DNA of 64,000 nucleotides from Planctomycetota bacterium (lineage in GTDB: Bacteria; Planctomycetota; GCA-002687715; CAIWVZ01), in assembly GCA_044222185.1 (NCBI GenBank), contig JBGANV010000005.1, positions 384,001-448,000 on the forward strand, in the 5' to 3' direction. The translations under genes and the position numbers were made by a program. The stretch's first letter is position 1. Each line of letters opens with the position of its first letter. The notes beneath the pieces were generated by a model. That model had not been told where the DNA came from and made no database searches. It saw only the letters and a list, made by a program, of their open reading frames with translations. Below are positions 29,711 to 37,935 of the stretch, piece by piece.

Positions 29711-31861
29711 ATGACCGGCTTTCAGATTGCGATGGTCGTGATCGGCGTCGCCGTCCTCGCGTGGCTCTACGAGCGATGGCGCGCGGGGCGCGGGCAGGAT
29801 CCGACGCGCGCTCCCATCTCCGGCGGCGAGTACCTCACGCCACCGAGTCCGTGGGTGAAGCCGGGTGCGAGCGTGACCGTCGCCGGTTTCGTGATCCCGG
29901 ACGGCATGATCTACGTGGGCTCGCGGCTCTCCCGCGTCGCCGGTGGCGACAAGCCGGACCCGGCGTTGATCGACCCGGCGCTGCCCGTCGATCGGAAGCA
30001 CCCGGACCGCCAGGGCGACGACCTCTCGCCGTCGCCGAGCTACGCCGCGCTCTCGCCCGCGGGACGCGCCGCCTTCCTCGAATGGCTCGCGGGTGGCCGC
30101 GCGGCGCCCGAGATGCCGGCCGGCTACGTCCAGCTCGCGTTCTTCGCCATCGAGCGCCGCGTGCTTCACGAGACCGCGGACGTCCGTGCCAGCGGCGAAT
30201 GGCCCGCGCTGCGTCGCGAGGTCGAACGTCTCGAAGCGCTCTACGGCGGGCACCGCGCATTCGCCCGTCGCTGCCGTGAGTTCCTCGACGTCGCCGTGCC
30301 GCTGCTGCAGGCTGCGGCGCTCGAGGACCTGCGCCCCGAGGCCCTCGGCGACGGCGTCTCGCCCACGACCCGTCTCGCGGTGCTCGGGCGCTTCGCCGCC
30401 AGCGGTCGCCCGCTTCCTCCATCCTGGGCGTTCGACTGGCTCACGCACCAGGAGGATGCGCCGCTCTCGAAGACCGCGGAGCGATGTCTGCCGGAGCTGC
30501 GCACGCTCTTCGGGCTGCGCTACGCGGCGACGTTCGGCGACGGGTTGCGAGTCGCCCCGTCGACGACTCCGCTCGCCGTGCAGTATCGGCCTGCGAGTCG
30601 CACGTTCGGCGGCGAGATCGAGATCGGGCTCGGCGTTCCCGACTCGACGGCATCCGCCGTGGCCCTCCGTCCGCTGCGCGCGCTCTTCGAGTCCTGCCTG
30701 ACCGATCTCGAAGCGCTCGGCCGATGGCTCGGACGGAACCCCGACGGACGCCAGTCGCCACAAGCCATCGCCCTCCTCCCGGCCGAGTTGCTCACTCGCG
30801 AGACGCCCGCCGCGCTCCGCCCCCTGCTCGATCTGGCGACGCGCATCACGGCGGGCGACGTCGTCGGGACGATCGCAGGTCGCATGGTCCTCGACGTCTG
30901 GCCGGGCGCCGCCGACGGCAAACTCTCGAAGGCCGAAGCCGTGACGCTCGCGCGCGTCCTCGAATCGCACGGATTCGGCGTCGTGCCCGACGTGCGCTTC
31001 GGACAGCCGCCGCTGAACGCGGGGATGACGGCGGCGATGTTCAAGCTTCCGCCGAATGCCCCTTCCGCGCCCACGGCCGACTTCGCCGCGGCGTCGCTCC
31101 TCGTGGAGATGGCGGCCGCAGTCGGCGCCGCCGACGGCACCGTCTCTCCGGCCGAACTCCGCCACGTGGAGGGTCATCTCGCGCTCGGGCTCAAGCTGTC
31201 ACGCGGCGAGCAACCGCGCCTGTTGGCGCAGCTCCAATGGCTCGCGGCGGATCCGCCCAAGCTCTCGACCATCCGCCGGCGGGCGTCGCAGATCGATGCG
31301 AGCCGCCGGACGGACGTGGCCCGCTTCCTCTTGGACGTGGCCGCCAGCGACGGACAGCTCGAGCGCAACGAGATCGCGCTCCTCGAACACGCCTATGCCG
31401 CGCTCGGCCTTCCCGCGGAGGCGCTCCACCGCGACCTCCACGCCCGCACGCTCGGCACCGAGACGAAGGCGCCCACGGCCGGCGGACTCACGCTCGACAC
31501 GGACGTGATCGCCGCGAAGATCCGCGAGAGCGCCGCCGCGTCGGCGATCCTCGGGCAGATCTTCGCCGAAGCGGAGGCGGCGCCGCCCGCGCCGCCACCC
31601 GCGCCCGCGACGACGACGATCCCCGGCCTGGACGGGCGCCACGCCACGCTGTTCACGCAGCTCGCGGCCAGGACGTCGTGGCCCCGTGCGGAGGTCGACG
31701 CACTTTGTCGCGCGCTCGGCTTGATGCCGGACGGCGCCATCGAGATCCTCAACGACGCCGCGATCGAGCGCTCGGGTCAGCCGTTGTGTGACGGCGAGGA
31801 TCCGATCGTCGTCGACGCCGCCGTAGCCCGGGAGATGCAGTCGTGCCCGACCCAGTCGTGA
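29711..31861 (+). CDS. sngA: Shango SngA-like protein (TM + TerB-N + TerB + TerB-C)
   Basis: WVKPG..V.VAG..IP.GMIYVG, P.LIDP.LPV, PSY..LSP..R..FL.WLA.GR (TerB-N); A.ADG.VSPAE and A.SDG.L...E (TerB metal sites); LMPDGAIE.LND (TerB-C). First gene of a three-gene overlapping operon. Confidence 0.88.
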   Translation: MTGFQIAMVVIGVAVLAWLYERWRAGRGQDPTRAPISGGEYLTPPSPWVKPGASVTVAGFVIPDGMIYVGSRLSRVAGGDKPDPALIDPALPVDRKHPDRQGDDLSPSPSYAALSPAGRAAFLEWLAGGRAAPEMPAGYVQLAFFAIERRVLHETADVRASGEWPALRREVERLEALYGGHRAFARRCREFLDVAVPLLQAAALEDLRPEALGDGVSPTTRLAVLGRFAASGRPLPPSWAFDWLTHQEDAPLSKTAERCLPELRTLFGLRYAATFGDGLRVAPSTTPLAVQYRPASRTFGGEIEIGLGVPDSTASAVALRPLRALFESCLTDLEALGRWLGRNPDGRQSPQAIALLPAELLTRETPAALRPLLDLATRITAGDVVGTIAGRMVLDVWPGAADGKLSKAEAVTLARVLESHGFGVVPDVRFGQPPLNAGMTAAMFKLPPNAPSAPTADFAAASLLVEMAAAVGAADGTVSPAELRHVEGHLALGLKLSRGEQPRLLAQLQWLAADPPKLSTIRRRASQIDASRRTDVARFLLDVAASDGQLERNEIALLEHAYAALGLPAEALHRDLHARTLGTETKAPTAGGLTLDTDVIAAKIRESAAASAILGQIFAEAEAAPPAPPPAPATTTIPGLDGRHATLFTQLAARTSWPRAEVDALCRALGLMPDGAIEILNDAAIERSGQPLCDGEDPIVVDAAVAREMQSCPTQS

Positions 31862-33186
31862 TCCGGCCGAAGGACCGCGATGCCGTCATCCAGTCGCTTC
31901 GCGCCGGCGTCGTTCCCCGCGCGGGTCAGCACCTGATCCAGGTGGGACGCGTCGCCGAGATCCAGGAGATGGTGCGCGACATCGACCGCCTCGCCGACGG
32001 CGGCGCGGCGATCCGGTTCATCATCGGCGACTACGGAGCCGGAAAGACGTTCTTCCTCCACCTCGTGCGCGCCGTCGCCATGGAGAAGAAGCTCGTCACG
32101 GCTCACGCCGATCTCACGCCCGATCGCCGCCTGCAATCCAGCGGAGGCCAGGCCCGTGGCCTCTACGCCGAACTGATGCGCAACGTGGCGACGCGGGCCA
32201 AGCCCGACGGCGGCGCGCTGTCGAGCGTCGTCGAGAAGTTCGTCGCGTCCACGACGGCGGAGGCACAGACCCGTGGCGTCAAGCCCGACGTGGTCATCCA
32301 CGAGAAGCTCGCGGACCTGACGGAGATGGTGGGCGGGTTCGACTTCGCGCAGGTGATCGCGGCCTACTGGCGCGCCCACGACACGGGCGACGAGGTGCTG
32401 AAGTCGAACGCGATCCGATGGCTGCGGGGCGAGTTCACGACGCGGACGGATGCGCGCAACGCGCTCGGCGTCCGCGCGTTCATCGACGACAACGGGTTCT
32501 ACGACTACCTGAAGCTGTTCGCGCGATTCGTGCGACACGCCGGGTACGCGGGGCTGCTCGTCTGCCTCGACGAGTTGGTGAACCTGTACAAGATCACGAG
32601 TCCGCAATCGCGCGCCGGCAACTACGAGCAGGTGCTGCGCATCCTGAACGACAGTCTGCAAGGAATCGCCGTGGGCCTGGGCTTCGTGCTGTGCGGCACA
32701 CCGGAGTCGCTGACGGATACGCGCCGCGGATTGTTCAGCTATCCCGCGCTCCAGTCGCGCCTCGCGGAGAACGCGTTCGCGAAGGCGGGGCTCGTGGACT
32801 TGTCGGGCCCCGTGATCCGGCTCGCGGCCCTGTCGGCGGAGGACCTGTACGTGCTCCTGGCGAAGGTGCGGCGCGTGTTCACGAGCGACGACCCGCTCTC
32901 GACGTTGCTGCCGGACGACGGCATCCGCGCGTTCATGGCGCATTGCTCGAAACGGATCGGCGACTCCTACTTCCGCACGCCGCGCAGCACCGTTCGCGAG
33001 TTCGTGAACCTGCTGGCGATCCTCGAACAGAATCCCAAGGCATCGTGGCGCGAGCTGGTGGACGCCGTCGAGTTCAAGCCGGACGTGAATCCCGATCTGA
33101 CGCCGCCGCCCGATGATCCCGCCCAGCCGCCGCCGGCGCCGCCCACACCGGGACCTCGCGATGACCTCGCCTCCTTCAAACTCTGA
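31843..33186 (+). CDS. sngB: Shango SngB-like P-loop ATPase (DUF2791/BrxD-like)
   Basis: IRPKDRDAVIQSLRAGVVPR.G...IQVGR, Walker A GDYGAGKT, Walker B LLVCLDE, GLFSYPALQSRL. GTG follows GGAG and overlaps the sngA stop. Confidence 0.9.
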   Translation: MPDPVVIRPKDRDAVIQSLRAGVVPRAGQHLIQVGRVAEIQEMVRDIDRLADGGAAIRFIIGDYGAGKTFFLHLVRAVAMEKKLVTAHADLTPDRRLQSSGGQARGLYAELMRNVATRAKPDGGALSSVVEKFVASTTAEAQTRGVKPDVVIHEKLADLTEMVGGFDFAQVIAAYWRAHDTGDEVLKSNAIRWLRGEFTTRTDARNALGVRAFIDDNGFYDYLKLFARFVRHAGYAGLLVCLDELVNLYKITSPQSRAGNYEQVLRILNDSLQGIAVGLGFVLCGTPESLTDTRRGLFSYPALQSRLAENAFAKAGLVDLSGPVIRLAALSAEDLYVLLAKVRRVFTSDDPLSTLLPDDGIRAFMAHCSKRIGDSYFRTPRSTVREFVNLLAILEQNPKASWRELVDAVEFKPDVNPDLTPPPDDPAQPPPAPPTPGPRDDLASFKL

Positions 33187-35371
33187 CGCTGGCGACGCGC
33201 CTCGCGAGTCGGCGTACTTCCAGCTCGACGAGCGCATCCAGCGGTGGGTGTGGGAGCAACGCTGGGACGACCTGCGGCCGATCCAGGAGATGTCCATCCC
33301 GGCGATCCTCGCCGGGGATCGGGACGTGATCCTCTCGGCGGCGACCGCCGCGGGAAAGACCGAGGCGGCGTTCCTCCCGATCTGCTCGCGCATCGTGGAT
33401 GCGGAGGGCCCTGGGATCCGCGCGCTCTACGTGGGGCCGCTGAAGGCGCTCATCAACGACCAGTTCGGCCGGCTGGAGCTCTTGTGCGAGCACTTGCATA
33501 TCCCCGTCCACCGCTGGCACGGCGACGTCGACGCGTCGGCGAAGGAACGCGCGATGAAGGATCCGCGGGGCATCCTTCTGATCACGCCGGAGTCGCTGGA
33601 GGCGAGGCTCGTCCTGTCGTCGGGCGTCCTTCGGAACATGCTCGCGCCGATTCAGTACGTCGTGATCGATGAGTTGCATGCATTCATCGGAACGGAGCGC
33701 GGACGGCATCTCCAATCGCTGGTGCACAGGTTGGATCTGCTCGTTCAGCGATCCCCGCCTCGCATCGGGCTATCGGCCACGCTCGGCGACATGGAGCTGG
33801 CGGCGAACTTCCTGCGGCCCGGGCGGGGCGGGGAAGTCGTCGTCGCGAATCCACCGAGCGTGAAAGCGGAGAAGAAGATCCAGGTTCGCGGATACGCGGC
33901 GGCGCTTCCGCCCCGGGGTGCGGAGGACGTCGGCGCGCGCGATGCCATCGCCACGCACCTCTTCGAGAAGCTGCGGGGCAAGAACAACCTCGTGTTCGCG
34001 GACTCGCGTCGCGACGTCGAGAGTCTGGCCGACGCGTTGCGCGTGATCTCCGAGACGCGCGGAGTTCCCAACGAGTTCTTCGCGCACCACGGATCTCTCG
34101 ACCGCGATCACCGCGAGCGGCTCGAGCAGCGCCTGAAGGCCGGTCGAGAGCCCACGACTGCGATCTGCACGAGCACGCTCGAGATGGGGATCGACATCGG
34201 CTCGGTCGAGAGCGTCGCGCAGGTGGGAGTGCCTCATGGCGTGGCATCGCTCCAGCAGCGCATGGGACGCTCGGGCCGCAAGCCGGGCAAGGCGGCGACG
34301 CTCCGCGTCTACGTCACGGAGGCGGCCGCGCGCACCGATGCGGATCCGCAGGACGCACTGCGCGAGCAACTCGTGCAGGCGATCGCCGTGGTGCAGCTGC
34401 TGTTGGAGAAGTGGTATGAGCCGCCGCGACACGGTGCGCTGCACCTCTCGACGCTGGTTCACCAGATTCTGGCCTTCATCGCCCAGCAGGAGGGCGCGAC
34501 GGCGGCGCGTCTTCACGACGTGCTGTGCAAGACCGGCCCGTTCGCTGCAGTGACGCCGTCGGTGTTCGCGGAACTTCTACGCGGGCTCGGTGCGCGGCAG
34601 GTCCTCATGCAGGCGCCGGACGGACTCCTGCTGCTCGGACAAGAGGGCGAGAGCCTCGTCGGTCACCACACGTTCTTCTCCGTGTTCCAGACGCGCGAGG
34701 AGTTCCGGGTCGTATGCGGAGGCGACGTGCTGGGTTCGCTGCCGGTCGAGCAGCATCTGCTTGCGATCGGCGAGTGCCTGCTGTTCGCCGGGCGGCCCTG
34801 GCAGATCACGAACGTGGATGAGGACGCGCGGGTGATCGAGGTCCGGTCGGCGCCGCGGGGACGGGCGCCGCGATTCGCCGGGGGTGTGGGCTTCGTGCAC
34901 GATCGCGTGCGCGCTCGCATGCGCGAGATCTACGCGGGTTCGGACGAGCCGATCTTCCTCGACGACGGCGGCGTGGCACTCCTGCGGGACGCGCGCGTGG
35001 CGTGGCGCTCGCTCGGTCTCGACGCGGCCTCCGTGATCGACTGGCGCGGCGACGTGCTCGTCTACACCTGGTGCGGCGACGTCATCGCGAACACGCTGGC
35101 GTTGATGCTGCGGCAAGGCGGGCTGTCGGTCGTACCCCACGGTGCTGCGGTTCGCTGCCAAGGCACGACCGTCGCCGCCGTCGTGGATGAGCTGGCCGCG
35201 CTTGCCGCGAACCCGCCGCCGGACGCTCCGTCTCTCGCGGTTCTCGCCGACGCCCTCGAACGCGAGAAGTTCGACTCGCTCGTCCCCCCGACGCTCCTCG
35301 CGCGTGACTACGCTTCGCGTCACCTGGACGTGCCCGGTGCCCTCTCGGCCGTCGCCAAACTGACCCGGTAA
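33161..35371 (+). CDS. sngC: Shango SngC-like Lhr-type DEAD/DEAH helicase
   Basis: LRPIQ, AATAAGKTEAAFLP, PLKALINDQ, TPESLE, DELH, SAT, HHGSL, TSTLEMGIDIG, QRMGRSGR; overlaps the sngB 3' end. Confidence 0.9.
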   Translation: MTSPPSNSDAGDAPRESAYFQLDERIQRWVWEQRWDDLRPIQEMSIPAILAGDRDVILSAATAAGKTEAAFLPICSRIVDAEGPGIRALYVGPLKALINDQFGRLELLCEHLHIPVHRWHGDVDASAKERAMKDPRGILLITPESLEARLVLSSGVLRNMLAPIQYVVIDELHAFIGTERGRHLQSLVHRLDLLVQRSPPRIGLSATLGDMELAANFLRPGRGGEVVVANPPSVKAEKKIQVRGYAAALPPRGAEDVGARDAIATHLFEKLRGKNNLVFADSRRDVESLADALRVISETRGVPNEFFAHHGSLDRDHRERLEQRLKAGREPTTAICTSTLEMGIDIGSVESVAQVGVPHGVASLQQRMGRSGRKPGKAATLRVYVTEAAARTDADPQDALREQLVQAIAVVQLLLEKWYEPPRHGALHLSTLVHQILAFIAQQEGATAARLHDVLCKTGPFAAVTPSVFAELLRGLGARQVLMQAPDGLLLLGQEGESLVGHHTFFSVFQTREEFRVVCGGDVLGSLPVEQHLLAIGECLLFAGRPWQITNVDEDARVIEVRSAPRGRAPRFAGGVGFVHDRVRARMREIYAGSDEPIFLDDGGVALLRDARVAWRSLGLDAASVIDWRGDVLVYTWCGDVIANTLALMLRQGGLSVVPHGAAVRCQGTTVAAVVDELAALAANPPPDAPSLAVLADALEREKFDSLVPPTLLARDYASRHLDVPGALSAVAKLTR

Positions 35372-35379
35372 ACGGCTTC

Positions 35380-35794
35380 GCGGAACGCTCGGTTCTGCCC
35401 TGCCGGGCGGCGGGGCTCGGCTCCGCTGGAATGGCGACCGCCGGACTTCATCGGACGGCTGGGCCGGCGGCGCGCGGTCGAGGGATGGGGGCTGCTGCGG
35501 GTCGTCGCGGGTCGTCGCGGGTCGCTGCGGGCTGCCGCCAGCCGCCGCGCAGGCAGGGCGGAGCCCTGCCATCCGGCCGGGTGAAACCCGGCGCTCCGGA
35601 GAGCGGAACGCTCGGTTCTGCCCGGCCGGGAGCGGCGGGGCTCGGCTCCGCTGGAATGGCGACCGCCGGACTTCATCGGACGGCTCGGCCGGCTGCGCGC
35701 GATCGACGGATGGGGGCTGCCGAAGGTCGCCGCAGGCCGCCGCGCAGGCAGGGCGGAGCCCTGCCGTCCGGCCGGGTGAAACCCGGCGCTCCGG
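35380..35794. repeat. Two tandem REPIN/MITE-like units (35380-35599 and 35603-35794), each with imperfect terminal inverted repeats and internal hairpins
   Basis: GCGGAACGCTCGGTTCTGCCC starts at 35380 and 35603. Both units end GGCAGGGCGGAGCCCTGCC..GCCGGGTGAAACCCGGCGCTCCGG. The left end aligns with the reverse complement of the right end. Confidence 0.85.
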
Positions 35795-35863
35795 TCCGGT
35801 ATCGCCCGGGGGAAGTCCCGGTATTGGATTCGCCAGGTCGATCGTCCGAGAATCAGGACCCTC

Positions 35864-36421
35864 ATGACCATGTCGGACGCCGACCTCGTTCACGCCGTGC
35901 GAACGGGGTGGCGCGAAGCCTATGACGAGCTCATCCGCCGCTACGCGGGACGGGTGCGGTCCGCCTGCTTTGCGCGGGTCGGCGTGCGAGGCCCAGTGGA
36001 TGACCTGGCCGCGGACGCATTCCTGCGCGCACTTCGCGCGATCAACACGCTCTCGAACCCGGACCTCTTCGGTAACTGGCTTCATGGCATCGCTGTCAAG
36101 ACGTGTCTCGACTGGATCAAGGCGCCCGCGAACAAGCAGGTGCCGTTCTCGGTCCTCGACTCGACGGGCGAGACTCTCGGCAACATCCCCGGACCGCTCG
36201 CGGCGAGGCCGGAAGAGCTCGAGGAGCGGCAGCGGCTGTGGCGCGAGATCGAGGCCCTGCCCGAGATCTATCGAGAGACCCTCGTCATGTTCTACTTCGA
36301 CGAGCTGAGCTACGTGGACATCGGAGCCACGCTCGGGGTCACGCCCGCGGCCATCAACGCCCGACTGACGAAGGCGCGCGCCATGCTGCGCCGCCGCCTC
36401 ACCCCAGGACGAACACCATGA
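35864..36421 (+). CDS. ECF RNA polymerase sigma factor
   Basis: SDADLV, AYDELIRRY, F..WL..IA...CLDW, LPEIYRE...MFYFDELSY.DIG..LG, RL.KAR..LR. Confidence 0.93.
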   Translation: MTMSDADLVHAVRTGWREAYDELIRRYAGRVRSACFARVGVRGPVDDLAADAFLRALRAINTLSNPDLFGNWLHGIAVKTCLDWIKAPANKQVPFSVLDSTGETLGNIPGPLAARPEELEERQRLWREIEALPEIYRETLVMFYFDELSYVDIGATLGVTPAAINARLTKARAMLRRRLTPGRTP

Positions 36422-37740
36422 GCTGCGAATTCGAGAACAGGATCGACGCGTTCGTCGACGGGCAACTCGGCGACGAGCAGGCCGCGACGTTCGCGCGCCA
36501 CATCGAGGAGTGCGCCGGGTGCGCGGCACTCACCGAGCAGTTGCGCGCATTCGACGGCGAGCTGCGCGCCGGCTTCCGACCCTGGCGCACGTCCCACGAA
36601 GGGTTCGCCGAGCGCACCGCGCACGCAGCCCGCGAGGTGACGCCCCTGGCGCGCAAACGCCCGTGGCTGGCGCCCGTGGCGGCCGCCGCCATCGGGTTCT
36701 TCGGCGGGTGGATCGCCTTCCACGGGAGCAGCCGGCACCTGCCGCCCGCCGATCCCATGATCGCGGGCGGCAGCGCAGCCACGTTCGCGCGCCTCTCCGT
36801 CAGCACCGGCACCGTCGAAATCCAACGCCCTCGTGAATCCGAGTGGACGCCGCTACCCCGCGAAGGCTCCGTCCCCGCTGGCAGCCACATCAGGACTTCC
36901 GATCACGCCAAGGGCGTGGTCACGTTCGCGGATGGCTCGGAGATCCGCATCGATGCGGGGACCGAAGTGAGCGTCGCCTCGAACCGCGCGGTGGACGTGC
37001 CGCGGGGTCGGATCTTCCTCCGCGCAACGGCGGCATCCCAGCCGTTCTCGATCGTGACGCTGGACGGCCGCGTGACGACACTCGGAGCACGCATCGACGT
37101 GACCTGCCTGCCGGAACCGACGCTCAGCGCATCCGACGGCGAAGTGACGCCTCCTGGCACCACCGTCCTCGTCGTCGACGGCACGGCATTCAATGGACCA
37201 ACGACCATTCCCGCGGGTTTCGAGTGCCGGATGGAGGACGGCACGTGCCACACGCCGCGTCGCGCCACGGACCCGCTCGTCGCGACGAGTTGGATCCACG
37301 AGTTGCTCGCGGCCGCCCCCCAGAATCCCGAGCTCGACCAGCGGCTGTCGGCGCTGCTCGATCGCCTCGCTCGAGACGTCACCGATCCGCGGGTCGAAGC
37401 CGAGCTGCGCGCCGTGGGCGATCAAGCGCTGCCGGCACTCGCTCGCTTCATCGAGACGAACGCCACCCGCGAACGTTCGGCGAACCGCTGCCGGGCCGTG
37501 ACGATCCTGGCGGACCTCGCGGACGTCACCGTCGTGTGCAATCTGCTGTCCCTGCTCGCCGACTCGGATCCCGAGGTCCGCGCCGAATCGTCGCGCGGTC
37601 TGCGCCGTCTCACGGGTGAAACGCTCGGCTTCGACGACACGTACTGGCTCGGGCCGGATACTTCGGCAGGTCTGACCGCGTGGAACTCCTACCTGCGACG
37701 TCCGGGCTCGGTCTGGAATCGCTGCCAGAGCAGCCGATAG
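36418..37740 (+). CDS. Anti-sigma factor: zinc-finger (ZAS) + TM + FecR-like + HEAT repeats
   Basis: HIEECAGC (HxxxCxxC); TM APVAAAAIGFFGGW; FADGSEIRIDAGT (FecR); LADSDPEVRAE (HEAT). Its ATG overlaps the sigma stop (ATGA). Confidence 0.88.
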   Translation: MSCEFENRIDAFVDGQLGDEQAATFARHIEECAGCAALTEQLRAFDGELRAGFRPWRTSHEGFAERTAHAAREVTPLARKRPWLAPVAAAAIGFFGGWIAFHGSSRHLPPADPMIAGGSAATFARLSVSTGTVEIQRPRESEWTPLPREGSVPAGSHIRTSDHAKGVVTFADGSEIRIDAGTEVSVASNRAVDVPRGRIFLRATAASQPFSIVTLDGRVTTLGARIDVTCLPEPTLSASDGEVTPPGTTVLVVDGTAFNGPTTIPAGFECRMEDGTCHTPRRATDPLVATSWIHELLAAAPQNPELDQRLSALLDRLARDVTDPRVEAELRAVGDQALPALARFIETNATRERSANRCRAVTILADLADVTVVCNLLSLLADSDPEVRAESSRGLRRLTGETLGFDDTYWLGPDTSAGLTAWNSYLRRPGSVWNRCQSSR

Positions 37741-37935
37741 CCGGTTCGAATCGGACGGGGCCCGGCGCTCCGGTTTGCGGGCCGGCACGACGCCGCGCCG
37801 AGCCGCCCGACGGCCCGCGCATGGCCAGGAGCGTTGACGTTCGCGGAACCCCCGGCCATGATGCCCGACCGCGTGGCTCGACGCTCCACCGCATTCGCGA
37901 TGCGTCGATCCGGCCGCGCACGAAGGGGACCGCCA

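Noticed and set aside
29711-35371. BREX system or tellurite-resistance operon
   Set aside because: No pglX/pglZ/brxC or terZABCDE genes are present; the triad fits Shango.
35380-35794. CRISPR array
   Set aside because: There are only two long units, no short repeats with unique spacers, and no cas genes.
37741-37760. GGTTCGAATC, tRNA T-loop-like motif
   Set aside because: There is no proper T-stem, anticodon arm or acceptor stem.
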